64,000 nt of DNA. Source: Candidatus Aenigmatarchaeota archaeon (GTDB lineage: Archaea > Aenigmatarchaeota > Aenigmatarchaeia > GW2011-AR5 > JAHLMP01). The position numbers were made by a program, and so were the translations under genes. This document shows positions 18,626 to 28,793 of the stretch, in pieces. The stretch is taken from the NCBI GenBank assembly GCA_018920315.1, contig JAHLMP010000001.1, forward strand, positions 177,049 through 241,048, in the 5' to 3' direction. Every line of letters starts with the position of its first letter. Position 1 is the stretch's first letter. The notes below the pieces were generated by a model that worked only from the letters and a program-made list of their open reading frames with translations, was not told the origin of the DNA and did no database searches.

Positions 18626-19786
18626 TTAAATTTTCATTTCTAATATATTTAAATTCTTTTTATAATCTTCTATTTTTGCTATATTTCTCTTTTTCTTATG
18701 TTCTCTTAAAAATTCTTTTATCTTGCTTGATAAATATTTCTTACATTCTCCACAAAACCTTTCTCCTTTTTTACATTCACTATATATCTTTTCTATTTTT
18801 TCGTCATTTTCTTCAAAGAAATAAAAAAGATATTTATAAACTAAGCAGATATCTGGATTTCCTCCTTTCTCTTTTTGTTCTTTTAAACTTTTTTGACCTC
18901 CTGTTAATGCTTTCCAGACTTTTCTCTCAACATCCTCTTCTGAATCTGTTGTAAATATGCAACTTTCTGGCTCAGAAGATGACATCTTCTCTCCCTTTAA
19001 TCCAGGAAGAAACTTTGAATGGATTTGAGCTGGTTTATAAAAACCTAATTTTGGTGCGACATATCTAGCTATACCTCGCCAATAAGGATCTTGGTCTACA
19101 GCAGCTGGAATTAAACATGGTATATTCTTTTTATTTAACACACTTGGAAGAAAACACGGAGCAGCCTGTAATGCTGGAAAGAAAATTATCCCAATATTGG
19201 ATTCCTTTTTAAAACCAAATACTGCGCTTGCTGTTGAATATGTAACATTACGAGCAATCTTTATCGCTATCTTATATAACAATTTTATGTCTTTTGTATT
19301 TTGTATGATATATGTCTTTTCTGGATTAAAACCAATTGCCGCTATATCTAAAAGATTTTCCTCTACATTTTTATTTATCTCTTCAAGGGTTTGCTCTTTA
19401 ATTAAAAATTTTTCATCATCAGTAATTTGAAAATATAGCTCACAATCGAATTTATCTTGAAGCCACTTTGTAAATATCCATGGAATCAAGTGCCCTATGT
19501 GAGTTTTTCCCGATGGACCTCTTCCTGTATATAAGAAAAACTTTTCTCCTTGTTCATATTTATCTAATATCCAATCTAAATCTCTATGCGCAAAAAAAAT
19601 ATTTCTTCTTAGAAGAAAGTGTAATTCCTTAGTGTGCTTTTTTATTCTCTCTAAAATTTTACTATCTATTAATTTTAGTCCAAATTCTTTGGTTAGTCTC
19701 TCGTAGTCTACTTTACCCTCAACGCTCCATGGTGTCACTTCAAACTCTTTTTTATATTTCTTTTTCGCCATTTTTCTTTTTTTCAT
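18626..19786 (-). CDS. trpS: Tryptophanyl-tRNA synthetase (archaeal/eukaryotic type)
   Basis: 386 aa. The HIGH region is GRGPSGKTHIGHLIP and the KMSKS equivalent is KMSSS. A C-terminal Cys pair is present. Confidence 0.9.
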   Translation of the reverse strand: MKKRKMAKKKYKKEFEVTPWSVEGKVDYERLTKEFGLKLIDSKILERIKKHTKELHFLLRRNIFFAHRDLDWILDKYEQGEKFFLYTGRGPSGKTHIGHLIPWIFTKWLQDKFDCELYFQITDDEKFLIKEQTLEEINKNVEENLLDIAAIGFNPEKTYIIQNTKDIKLLYKIAIKIARNVTYSTASAVFGFKKESNIGIIFFPALQAAPCFLPSVLNKKNIPCLIPAAVDQDPYWRGIARYVAPKLGFYKPAQIHSKFLPGLKGEKMSSSEPESCIFTTDSEEDVERKVWKALTGGQKSLKEQKEKGGNPDICLVYKYLFYFFEENDEKIEKIYSECKKGERFCGECKKYLSSKIKEFLREHKKKRNIAKIEDYKKNLNILEMKI

Positions 19787-19979
19787 ATGAACCTTCTTTT
19801 TCTATATTTGGAATGATATCTTTAACTCTTTCTATAAATATTTTTTCTGTGCAGCTTGCACATAACCAAAATTCTTTTTTTCCTTTTTGTAATCTTTTTA
19901 CTATTTGAATTCTTCCTACTTGATCTGCTTTAAATCTTCTTTTACAAATATTACATTTATGAAATTTTATCATATACAT
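19752..19979 (-). CDS. Small zinc-ribbon protein (hypothetical)
   Basis: 75 aa with CNIC...CASC. Its 3' end overlaps the trpS start. Confidence 0.4.
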   Translation of the reverse strand: MYMIKFHKCNICKRRFKADQVGRIQIVKRLQKGKKEFWLCASCTEKIFIERVKDIIPNIEKEGSYEKKKNGEKEI

Positions 19980-20024
19980 TATTTTTAAGCTAATTAATTA
20001 ATTTTTTACTTAGAGAATTATTTA

Positions 20025-22169
20025 TTATTCCAACTTCTTTCTTTCTCTTATTTTTTTTATTGTTATATCCTTTAGCTCTTCTGGTATTTTTTCAAACTTT
20101 ACATCTATTAGAGAGAAAAATCCTTTTCCGTTTGTCGCAGACTTTAACGCTGCTTCAAAACCGAACATTTCAGCTACAGGAAGTTTTGCCTCTATAATAC
20201 ATGTCCCCAATTCATTCTTCATATCCAATATTTGTCCTCTTCGATTTTGTATCAAATCTATTACACTTCCCATATATTCTTCTGGTAAATCTATTCTTAT
20301 TATTTGTATAGGCTCTAGAAGTGTTGACTTTGCTTGTAGCATCGCTTCGTATATTGCAAACTTTATTGCAGGAATAACTTGTGCAGGTCCTCTATGGACA
20401 GCATCCTCATGTAGCTTAGCATCTACCAACTTAACCTTTAATCCTGCGCAAGGCTCTTTTGCTAAAGGACCTTCATCACAAGCTTCTTCAAAAGCATCTA
20501 AAATCATTTCAATAGTTTCATTTAGGTATTGAATTCCTTTTGTTGCATCTATAAAAACATTTCTCTTATATATACTCTTCGTATTTTTTGCATCTTCTTT
20601 ATTCATTCCATAATCTACAAGAAGATTCCAAAAGTCTTTTTTCTTTACTATTCCTTCTTCAATTTTTCCTTCGACCAAAGCTTCATAAACACTTCTCTCA
20701 AGTGGCTCTACAACAATATAAAATCTATTGTGTTTGTTGCTTGATTTTCCTTCTATTATAGGAGACTCTTTTTCTACAGTTTCTCTATATACTACAATAG
20801 GTTGCGTTGCTACTATCTCTATTCCTCTATCCCTTAAAGGTCTTTCTATTTTCGCATCTATATGAAGTTCTCCGAGCCCGGAAACAAGATATTCGCCTGT
20901 TTCTTCATTTATACTTACAACTAAGGTTGGGTCTTCGCAGCTTTTTTGTTTCAAAAATTCCATAACCTTTGTTAAATTTCTTGGGTCTTTTGGTTCAATA
21001 GATTTCGTAACTACTGGTTCAAATATATGTTTAATTGCCTCAAAAGGTGCTATTGGTTGCGAAGCTATCGTTTCTCCAGAGAATGCTTCTGGAATTCCAA
21101 TTATACCAACGATATTTCCAGCTTTAACCTCATCTACCTGAATGTAATGCGGGCCTTTATACAAAAGAACTTGCTGAACCCTCTTTTCTAATTGTTTTCC
21201 AACTAAATAGACTTGCTGCCCTTTCTTTATACTTCCAGAAAATATTCTTGCGGTAGCAACCATTCCTGCATGTGGGTCTGGAACTAATTTTGTTACTACG
21301 GCTCCAAGTTCTCCGTTCACGTTACATTCTATCATATCCTTGTATATTTTACTATCTTTCTCTCCTGTCCATATCTTATCTATTCTATACTTTTGAGCTT
21401 CTTTTGGATTTGGTAAATGTCTTATAACCATATCTAAAACAATTTTATGAAGAGGTGCTTTTTTAGCTAACTCATCGTCTTTTTCTTGGGTGCAATACTC
21501 TATAATATCTTTAAATGTTATTCCAGTTTTTTTCATAAAAGGTACAGAAATAGCCCATTTTCTATATGCAGAACCAAAGGCAACGCTACCATTTTCTACA
21601 TTTACAAGCCATTTTTCACCAAATTCTTTTTCTGCATATTTAAGTATTAATCTATTTACATCGTTTATTATCTTTGTAAATCTTTCTTGCATTGCTTGTG
21701 GCGTAAGTTTTAATTCTCTTATTAATCTATCGACCTTATTTATGAAAAGAACTGGTTTAACCCTTTCTCTAAGAGCTTGCCTAACTACAGTCTCTGTTTG
21801 TGGCATTACTCCTTCAACCGCGCAAACAAGAATTATTGTTCCGTCTACAGCCCTCATAGCTCTCGTAACATCTCCACTAAAATCTACGTGGCCAGGTGTA
21901 TCTATTAAATTTATTAAATACTCTTCACCTTCGTATTCATGAACCATGCTTACATTTGCTGCATAAATAGTTATACCGCGCTCTTGCTCTTGCTTGTCAA
22001 AATCTGTCCATAAAGCTTTGCCTGCAACTTCTTCGCCGAGCATCCCTGCACCGAGCAAAAGGTTATCTGTCAAAGTTGTTTTTCCATGGTCTATATGCGC
22101 TGCTATACAAATATCTCTTATCTTTTCTTGTTGTTCCATTAACTTTTCTAAAAATTTTGAGTCGATCAT
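20025..22169 (-). CDS. fusA: Translation elongation factor aEF-2
   Basis: 714 aa. The G-domain carries AHIDHGKTTL, DTPGHVDF and NKVD. The diphthamide loop HEDAVHRGPAQ is present. Confidence 0.95.
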   Translation of the reverse strand: MIDSKFLEKLMEQQEKIRDICIAAHIDHGKTTLTDNLLLGAGMLGEEVAGKALWTDFDKQEQERGITIYAANVSMVHEYEGEEYLINLIDTPGHVDFSGDVTRAMRAVDGTIILVCAVEGVMPQTETVVRQALRERVKPVLFINKVDRLIRELKLTPQAMQERFTKIINDVNRLILKYAEKEFGEKWLVNVENGSVAFGSAYRKWAISVPFMKKTGITFKDIIEYCTQEKDDELAKKAPLHKIVLDMVIRHLPNPKEAQKYRIDKIWTGEKDSKIYKDMIECNVNGELGAVVTKLVPDPHAGMVATARIFSGSIKKGQQVYLVGKQLEKRVQQVLLYKGPHYIQVDEVKAGNIVGIIGIPEAFSGETIASQPIAPFEAIKHIFEPVVTKSIEPKDPRNLTKVMEFLKQKSCEDPTLVVSINEETGEYLVSGLGELHIDAKIERPLRDRGIEIVATQPIVVYRETVEKESPIIEGKSSNKHNRFYIVVEPLERSVYEALVEGKIEEGIVKKKDFWNLLVDYGMNKEDAKNTKSIYKRNVFIDATKGIQYLNETIEMILDAFEEACDEGPLAKEPCAGLKVKLVDAKLHEDAVHRGPAQVIPAIKFAIYEAMLQAKSTLLEPIQIIRIDLPEEYMGSVIDLIQNRRGQILDMKNELGTCIIEAKLPVAEMFGFEAALKSATNGKGFFSLIDVKFEKIPEELKDITIKKIRERKKLE

Positions 22170-22270
22170 TGGTATCAGCCAAAATAATTAAGCAATAAAT
22201 AAATATTTTTAATCTTTAAATCTTTGTTTTATATTTTTATATTTTATGATTTTTGAATGGTAATAGAGAT

Positions 22271-22597
22271 ATGCAAAAAGCAAGAATAAAGCTTATAGGA
22301 ACATCACCAAAAGAGCTTGACGAAATATGCAAAGAAATAAAATCTATTGCTGAAAAGCTAGGCGTACCTGTATCTGGACCGATATTTCTACCAACTAAAA
22401 AGCTACGTGTTCCTGTTATGCGAACGCCATGTGGCGATGGTATGCATCGTGGCGGTGGAGGAGGAAATTGGGAAAGATGGGAGCTAAGAATACACAAAAG
22501 ATTGATAGATGTTTCCGCGAATCCAAGAGTTTTAAGGCAAATTACAAGAATTCCAATACCTAAAAATGTGAAGATCGAAATAGAGATAAAGGATTAG
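22271..22597 (+). CDS. rps10: 30S ribosomal protein uS10
   Basis: ARIKLIGTSPKELDEICKEI, WERWELRIHKRLIDV. The ORF track begins at 22253 on TTG. ATG at 22271 is the likely start. Confidence 0.9.
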   Translation: MQKARIKLIGTSPKELDEICKEIKSIAEKLGVPVSGPIFLPTKKLRVPVMRTPCGDGMHRGGGGGNWERWELRIHKRLIDVSANPRVLRQITRIPIPKNVKIEIEIKD

Positions 22598-22686
22598 GTA
22601 TTTCATTTCTCTATAAATTAAAAATATTTTACGAAGTTAATGAAAATTCTCATTCCATTTATTTCTAATTTTTGTTAAGAGAAATT

Positions 22687-23817
22687 TTATAACCTCTTTT
22701 TTCTTTCTCCTAAAAATGGTTTTGCGTATTCATAGAAACTTTCATTTGCACAAAGGTTTTCATAATCAAAGAAATCTGTGTCTGAAACTTTTCTTATGTT
22801 TACCGCATCTGCAATAGGAACGCTACTAATTTTAAAATCTTTTTCATCTGGGTCATAAATAATAGATGCCATCTCTCCGTATCTTTCTTCACTAATCATA
22901 TTTATACAATGTTTTCCAGCTTCTATTGCCAACCTTCTTTCTATTTCTATAGGTCTACCATTTCTTAGCTGATACGTTAATGCAATGTTTGCAGTTTTTA
23001 TATTATATCCTTTACTTTCACAGAATTTTTCAATCTCGTCTCCAAGACAAATAGCTAAAGCTAATGGATCTAATTTTTCGTGACCAAAAGCATCCTTTTT
23101 TTCTTTTTTTATATGAGATTGTAGCCCAATCAATCTTGCCCCTTCGGCAACGGCAACCACACAATAGCCATTATTCTTATAATATCTTTCGATTATTCTC
23201 TCACAAATATCGTCAATAGAAAATTCCTTTTCTGCGGGAATTATTAAATCAGCATTTCCATAAGCACCTGCAGCGGTAACTACCCAATCTGTATTTCTTC
23301 CAAACATTGTTATTAGAGCGACCCTACTATGAGCATATGCCGTTTCGATACTTTCTCTTACAGTATCAGCTGCCTTTTTTGCAGCGCTTGGATATCCGAA
23401 ACAAAAATATGTGTGCGATAGATCATTATCCATTGTTTTCGGCCATCCTACAATATTTGTTTTGAATTCTTCATAAAGATCTTTTGCAACACTTAAAGTA
23501 TCTTCGCCACCAAGAGCAATAATAGCATGTATATGATTTTTCTTTAGATTATCTTTTACCCTTTCTAAATCTGGCTTTGTTCGAGACGATTTTAGTACTG
23601 TCCCGTTACTTGATAACAAATCTTCAAGTTCTTCGTTTGTGAGATTTAAATCTAAAAACAATTCTTCTTCCATACCCTTCCATCCTTCAAGACATCCCAA
23701 AATATCGTATCCTTTTTTCTTAGCTTCTATTACTGCTCCTCCTATTCCTTGGTTGAGCGTTGCTACATGACCTCCACCTGTAAGTATAGCTATCCTCTTT
23801 TTCATTATTTTCACCAC
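22687..23817 (-). CDS. PfkA-family 6-phosphofructokinase, probably PPi-dependent
   Basis: 376 aa with IAILTGGGHVATLN, LGGEDTLSVA and WPKTMDNDL. The Asp-after-GGE/D and Lys-in-PKT pattern matches the PPi-PFK signature. Confidence 0.75.
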   Translation of the reverse strand: MVKIMKKRIAILTGGGHVATLNQGIGGAVIEAKKKGYDILGCLEGWKGMEEELFLDLNLTNEELEDLLSSNGTVLKSSRTKPDLERVKDNLKKNHIHAIIALGGEDTLSVAKDLYEEFKTNIVGWPKTMDNDLSHTYFCFGYPSAAKKAADTVRESIETAYAHSRVALITMFGRNTDWVVTAAGAYGNADLIIPAEKEFSIDDICERIIERYYKNNGYCVVAVAEGARLIGLQSHIKKEKKDAFGHEKLDPLALAICLGDEIEKFCESKGYNIKTANIALTYQLRNGRPIEIERRLAIEAGKHCINMISEERYGEMASIIYDPDEKDFKISSVPIADAVNIRKVSDTDFFDYENLCANESFYEYAKPFLGERKKRL

Positions 23818-23818
23818 C

Positions 23819-24733
23819 TTATATTTTCGGATATCTTCTCATGATATCTTTTATATCCTTTATAAGCGATATTGCTTCCTCTTTTGGTCTCATAAAAACA
23901 TTTCTCCCTATTACGAATCCTGTGACTCCTGCACACAAACATTCTTCTACCTCTCTCATCATTTCATTATAATCTTTCTTTTCTCCTCCTGCAATAAGCA
24001 CTTGCGTTTTTCCTGCTGTTTTAACTAATTCTCTTACCATTTTTTCTTGACTCCATGAAAGAGTATCATTATATTTTCTGTATTTTCCTTTTGGGTCATA
24101 GCTTTCCTCTATTTTTCCTGTTGTTGTATCTACACTCTTAGGTTTTTTTGGCATATTTAGTTTTACTAAATCAGCACCAAGTTCTAAGGCAACTCTTGCC
24201 GCATAATCTACCATAGCGAAGGAGTCACGACCTCCATGAGCTTCTACATATTTTCCACGTGGATAACTCCACATTATTGTTGGAATGTCAAACTCTTCTG
24301 CTTTAATTCTTATTTCTCTCCATCTTTCAAAATCTTCATCTTGTCTTGGAGAACCAACATAGAGAGTATAGCCAATTGCACACGCTCCTAATTCAAAAGC
24401 TTCTTCTGGCGTAGCAACAAGTGGAGATATGGGAGCTTCATCACTTGGTATGTTTGTCTTTCCATTGAGCTTTAATACCAATGGAATCTTATCTCTATAT
24501 CTCTCATACCAATATTTCTTTGCTATGCCTATATGAAGTACTACACCAGAAACTCCTGCTTCTTCTGCTAATGATAATATATATTCTGGATCTTTGCTTT
24601 TTTCGTTATCAAAGAAATCGGAGGGTCCATGCTCTAATCCATGATCATAAGGAAGGAGTAATATCCTTCCCTGTCCTGGTCCATACTCGTGGGAAATTTT
24701 TGCTAATTTATCTTCTTTCGTCATTAATTTCAT
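23819..24733 (-). CDS. fba: Class I fructose-bisphosphate aldolase, archaeal DhnA/FbaB type
   Basis: 304 aa. LLLPYDHGLEHGP and VKLN (Schiff-base Lys region) fit the DhnA-family TIM barrel. It lies 1 nt from the PFK gene. Confidence 0.8.
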   Translation of the reverse strand: MKLMTKEDKLAKISHEYGPGQGRILLLPYDHGLEHGPSDFFDNEKSKDPEYILSLAEEAGVSGVVLHIGIAKKYWYERYRDKIPLVLKLNGKTNIPSDEAPISPLVATPEEAFELGACAIGYTLYVGSPRQDEDFERWREIRIKAEEFDIPTIMWSYPRGKYVEAHGGRDSFAMVDYAARVALELGADLVKLNMPKKPKSVDTTTGKIEESYDPKGKYRKYNDTLSWSQEKMVRELVKTAGKTQVLIAGGEKKDYNEMMREVEECLCAGVTGFVIGRNVFMRPKEEAISLIKDIKDIMRRYPKI

Positions 24734-24834
24734 AATTAAGAATGGAAAAATAACGAATTAAAATTTTTAGTTGCTTTTATTATTTTCTTATAATTTTAAT
24801 AATTTTTATTTATATGAAACTTTCACGGGCAGAT

Positions 24835-25248
24835 CTACTTTACTATAAGTTTTGCTTTTTCTATAGAGTATTCCCAATCTTTTGGGAGAATTCCCTTTCT
24901 AATATAATATTCGGCAAGTCTTCTTATCTTCGATTCCACAAGTTGAAAAGCATGACGACATCGCTTATCTTTTTTATTTATTTGAAGATGATTATACATA
25001 ATTACTGCTTTCTTTAACAAATTAAACAAATCTTCTGGAACATTTTCTCTTTCTTCTGGCACGTGCTTTTTTATCACTTCCCGAATAGAAAGATTGTACA
25101 TCTTTACTTTAGGTATTCCATATTGATCTCTAAGAATATGGCCTATCTCACTTGGTTTTTTTCCTTCTTTGAATAATTTTATTATAAGCCTTTCCACTTC
25201 TTCTTTTTCATACTTTGGCAATTCTTTAAGCTTTGATTTCGATGTCAT
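24835..25248 (-). CDS. rps15: 30S ribosomal protein uS15 (S15P/S13e)
   Basis: 137 aa with PSEIGHILRDQYGIPKVK and RLAEYY. Confidence 0.85.
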   Translation of the reverse strand: MTSKSKLKELPKYEKEEVERLIIKLFKEGKKPSEIGHILRDQYGIPKVKMYNLSIREVIKKHVPEERENVPEDLFNLLKKAVIMYNHLQINKKDKRCRHAFQLVESKIRRLAEYYIRKGILPKDWEYSIEKAKLIVK

Positions 25249-25249
25249 A

Positions 25250-25885
25250 TTATCTACCTCTATACCTTCCTCTTCTTTTTATTTCTTCTAATCTTTTTAT
25301 AACTAACTCTGCCTTTTCATAATTTTCTCTATATTTTTTTAAAATAATATTCCAAGCTTCATTTAAAATATTAAAATGAGCTGACTTTATCGATTGATAA
25401 AGTAAATATAAATCTGTTGCCTTATCTTCAATTCTACTTGAATAAAAACCTAAACCAAAATCTATGAGATATATTTCATCATCTTTTAAAATAAAATTTG
25501 ATGTTGTTAAATCTCCATGAATTATATCTTTTGAATGAAGAAGTGCTATATAATTTGCTATAATTTTAAAAATCTCTTCAATTTTCTCTTTCGAAAGATT
25601 CTGAAGAACATCCTTAAGTTTTTTTCCGTAAATAAACTCCATTTTTATTTTATATTCTTCTGCACTAATAACTTTAGGAGTTTTTACTCCAAGCTCTCTA
25701 GCAACCCTTAATAACTTCGCTTCTTTCTTAGTTCTTATTCTTCTCAGTTTCTCATCTATCTCTCTAATTCTATAACTCTTTTTTATTCTATCTTTAACTA
25801 CAATGTTCTCGCTCTCTAAATATATAATTGCCTCTGCTCCTCTTTGCAGGATTTTTATTTGATAAGAATTTTTTTCATTTTTCAT
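25250..25885 (-). CDS. bud32: Bud32/PRPK atypical kinase (KEOPS subunit)
   Basis: LQRGAEAIIY, HGDLTTSNFIL and LIDFGLG. The ORF track extends to 25957, but that hydrophobic extension overlaps the divergent ferredoxin gene. I prefer the ATG at 25885 (MKNEKNSYQ). Confidence 0.8.
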   Translation of the reverse strand: MKNEKNSYQIKILQRGAEAIIYLESENIVVKDRIKKSYRIREIDEKLRRIRTKKEAKLLRVARELGVKTPKVISAEEYKIKMEFIYGKKLKDVLQNLSKEKIEEIFKIIANYIALLHSKDIIHGDLTTSNFILKDDEIYLIDFGLGFYSSRIEDKATDLYLLYQSIKSAHFNILNEAWNIILKKYRENYEKAELVIKRLEEIKRRGRYRGR

Positions 25886-25919
25886 AATTTTTAAATATTT
25901 TAAAAAGAAATAAAAGTTA

Positions 25920-26105
25920 ATGACAAGTGAAAAAATTCTCCTAATAGACAGAAACAAATGTATTCGTTGCTTTGGTTGTGTAGCAGTTTGCCCAGTTCAA
26001 GCATTAGAGTATAGTAAAGAAGGCCCTAAATGGATAGAAAACCGTTGCACGCGTTGCAAAATATGTTCGAATTTCTGCCCCGTAAAAGCTATTAGGTGGG
26101 CTTAA
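25920..26105 (+). CDS. 2x[4Fe-4S] ferredoxin
   Basis: 61 aa with CIRCFGCVAVCP and CTRCKICSNFCP. It abuts the geranylgeranyl reductase gene. Confidence 0.8.
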   Translation: MTSEKILLIDRNKCIRCFGCVAVCPVQALEYSKEGPKWIENRCTRCKICSNFCPVKAIRWA

Positions 26106-27269
26106 ATGATAAAAATAGATAAAGAAGTAGATGTAATTATTGTAGGTTGTGGACCAGCTGGCTCATGGTGCGCTAAAAGATTAGCAGAATATGGAGTAAA
26201 CGTTATTGTATTAGATAGAAATGAAGAGATAGGAACTCCTGTAAGATGTGGAGAAGGGTTTTCTAAAACTATAGAAGAGAGATTGAATCTCAAACTTCCA
26301 TCATTTTGCATTGCTCAAAAAATTGATGGCGCATTTATTTATGCACCTAATGGTAAATTTGTTGAGGTAAAAGGATTTGGATATGTTTTGGAGAGAAAGA
26401 TGTTTGATAAATGGTTAGCAATAGAAGCTTCAAACGCGGGAGCAAAAATACTAGCTAAGTCTTATGTTTACGATTTGATAAAAGAGAAGGGAAAAATAGC
26501 TGGAATAAAAGCAAATATTGTTGGAGAGGATATGGAGATAAAGGGAAAAATAATAGTTGGAGCTGATGGGGTAGAGTCTATGATTGCAAAAAAGGCAGGA
26601 ATAAATACTACCTGCTCGCCTTTTTTAGTTGACTCTGGTTTTGAATATGAACTTGCAAACATAAAGCTTAGAGATGAAAAAAAGCTTGAAATATTTCTTG
26701 GTAATGAAGTAGCACCCCGAGGATATGTTTGGATTTTCCCAAAAGGAAAGAATAGAGCAAATGTTGGCGTCGGAATAGTTGGCTCTAACGAAAAAGGAGC
26801 GAGATATTATCTTGATAAATTTATAGCCTCACGTGAAGAATTGAGAAAAGGTAGTATAATAGAAGTTAAAGGTGGTGCAATTCCGGTTGGAGGATTCTTA
26901 AGAGATATGGTTAAAGAAAATGTATTATTAGTTGGAGATGCTGCTCATCAAGTAAATCCTATTCATGGCGGCGGCATAGGAGAAGCTATGACAGCAAGCG
27001 AGATAGCAGCAAAGGTTATAAAGAAAGCATTAGATAAAAATGATTCGAAAGTATTGAAAGAGTATAATACTCTTTGGTACAAGTCCCGCGGCAATACTTT
27101 GAAAAAGATAGAAAAACTTCGTGAGATTGTTGAAAAACTTAGCGATGATCAATTAAACAAGCTTGCCGAAGCATTGGAAGGCGAGGACATTTATGATATT
27201 ACTCATGGAAATTATTTGAAGCTTGTCAAAACTTTATTAAAACTTGGTTTCAAGCTTGCTGGATTTTAA
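26106..27269 (+). CDS. Geranylgeranyl reductase family flavoprotein (archaeal lipid saturation)
   Basis: 387 aa. The FAD fingerprint is DVIIVGCGPAGSWCA, with RCGEG and LVGDAAHQVNPIHGGGI also present. Confidence 0.85.
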   Translation: MIKIDKEVDVIIVGCGPAGSWCAKRLAEYGVNVIVLDRNEEIGTPVRCGEGFSKTIEERLNLKLPSFCIAQKIDGAFIYAPNGKFVEVKGFGYVLERKMFDKWLAIEASNAGAKILAKSYVYDLIKEKGKIAGIKANIVGEDMEIKGKIIVGADGVESMIAKKAGINTTCSPFLVDSGFEYELANIKLRDEKKLEIFLGNEVAPRGYVWIFPKGKNRANVGVGIVGSNEKGARYYLDKFIASREELRKGSIIEVKGGAIPVGGFLRDMVKENVLLVGDAAHQVNPIHGGGIGEAMTASEIAAKVIKKALDKNDSKVLKEYNTLWYKSRGNTLKKIEKLREIVEKLSDDQLNKLAEALEGEDIYDITHGNYLKLVKTLLKLGFKLAGF

Positions 27270-27362
27270 AGACAAAAAAATTTATTTATAAATTGATAAA
27301 AAATTTCAAGATATAACGCGCAAGATAAAAATGTGAAATAATAAAAAATTCTAAAAATAAAA

Positions 27363-28340
27363 TTAGCAAATGTTTTCGTTTCCAGGTGTCGGAGCCATTT
27401 CCTTAAAATCTAGTATATCTACATCACTATCGCTTCCATTTGGACATCTTCCTACAGCTCTATCTTCGCTTGGCTTAGGTGCGTTATCGCTTTTTATTCC
27501 ATCGTCAAAGCTTCCATAAGTTACCTGATCTACTATTGTATCATCTTTCTTAAGCATTATCATTCCTTTTGTTAATCCAAGTTTATCTGTGCAATTTATT
27601 ACTACATAACCCTTTGCTTCTATTGTAATTCCATTGAGATCGCAATAATAAGTTGTGTTGCTTTCGCTTTTCTTTGTTTCTAATTTCCATGTGCTTAGAT
27701 TTACACTAAAAACTTCATTGTTATACAATTCTACCCATTGTTCATAAGTGTAGTTGCTTTCGTTTCTCTTTATGAAGAACTCATTTATCACAACCTTTGG
27801 TGGAATATTTAACATTTGCTTTTTCATCCCTTCCATTCTCTCTACTTCAGATTGCAATATCATTTTCATTTTTTCGCAACTTTTATTCATCTCATTGAAG
27901 TGCATTCCATAGTACTTCTCGCTTATTGAGCCCAGCTCTATGGTACGCTCTATATAACCATTTTTCGATTCGCATCTTTCAACAATTTTTGAAGGAGTTT
28001 TAATAACCGAAAGTAGTACATCAGAATTTTTTATACTCCACTCTGTAGAATTTGATGAACTTTTCACAATAATCTCACTATCGCTTTTGCTAAGCTTTTG
28101 GAATACTTCCTCGCTGCTTATATAGAAATAAAACTTTCCATATGATGTTTGAATTTCTCTTTCTATTCTTTCTGGACCTTCAAAACTTTTTGTATATCCT
28201 GGTATTTCATATACATCGCTTGTGTTAATATTTAAAAGTAGTGCTCCTGTTGGCGTATAGCTATTATCAAATTGTTGAGAAATATATGGAATTGCTACCA
28301 AACTTGCTATTATACTAGCAAGCATAAAGGCAACTCTCAT
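27363..28340 (-). CDS. Secreted protein with a C-terminal lamin-tail domain (LTD)
   Basis: 325 aa with an N-terminal signal/TM. VINEFFIK..EQWVELYNNEVFSVNLSTWKL...IMLKKDDTIVDQVTYG is the LTD pattern. Confidence 0.6.
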   Translation of the reverse strand: MRVAFMLASIIASLVAIPYISQQFDNSYTPTGALLLNINTSDVYEIPGYTKSFEGPERIEREIQTSYGKFYFYISSEEVFQKLSKSDSEIIVKSSSNSTEWSIKNSDVLLSVIKTPSKIVERCESKNGYIERTIELGSISEKYYGMHFNEMNKSCEKMKMILQSEVERMEGMKKQMLNIPPKVVINEFFIKRNESNYTYEQWVELYNNEVFSVNLSTWKLETKKSESNTTYYCDLNGITIEAKGYVVINCTDKLGLTKGMIMLKKDDTIVDQVTYGSFDDGIKSDNAPKPSEDRAVGRCPNGSDSDVDILDFKEMAPTPGNENIC

Positions 28341-28450
28341 AATTCTTAAATTAATCTTTGCTTGTATATATAAAGTTTTTATAATCTATTTTTATCATAA
28401 AAGAAAGTGGAAAATACTTTAAATGATTTTTAGATCTTTCAAAAAATCTG

Positions 28451-28669
28451 TTAATTGAAGTTATCTTCACTTATATTGTCCTTTACTTTTTGAGTGTTTT
28501 TAACTAATCTTGTTACATATCCGGCAACTTTATTTTTCATTCTTTTTGTTAATGGAAGTTTCATCTCCTCTACCAAAATCTTATTTTTTTCAAAGTTATC
28601 TGTAAATTTGTTTGTAGCTAATAATTGAAATGCTAACAGCTTGATGTCTTTAGACCTTATTCTTCCCAT
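28451..28669 (-). CDS. rps17e: 30S ribosomal protein eS17
   Basis: 72 aa. The MGRIRSKDIKLLAFQL N-terminus is typical of S17e. Confidence 0.8.
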   Translation of the reverse strand: MGRIRSKDIKLLAFQLLATNKFTDNFEKNKILVEEMKLPLTKRMKNKVAGYVTRLVKNTQKVKDNISEDNFN

Positions 28670-28793
28670 CTTTAATCACTGAGATAAAAGTTTATAAAAA
28701 AATTAAATATTTAAATAACTTAAAATTTCTTGCATGTTTAAAATAAAAATATCTACCGATAACAATAAAACAATTTAATTCAACTCTAATCTT

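Noticed and set aside
18178-18954. A 258-aa plus-strand ORF.
   Set aside because: It runs antisense across the CBS-domain gene and the 3' end of trpS, both of which have clear motifs. The translation is Leu/Phe/Ser junk.
25886-25957. N-terminal extensions given by the ORF track for Bud32 (25886-25957), nitroreductase (57172-57291), AlaRS (35008-35052) and several TTG/GTG-initiated ORFs.
   Set aside because: The extensions are hydrophobic or low-complexity and overlap neighbouring genes. They precede an ATG that yields the family-typical N-terminus.
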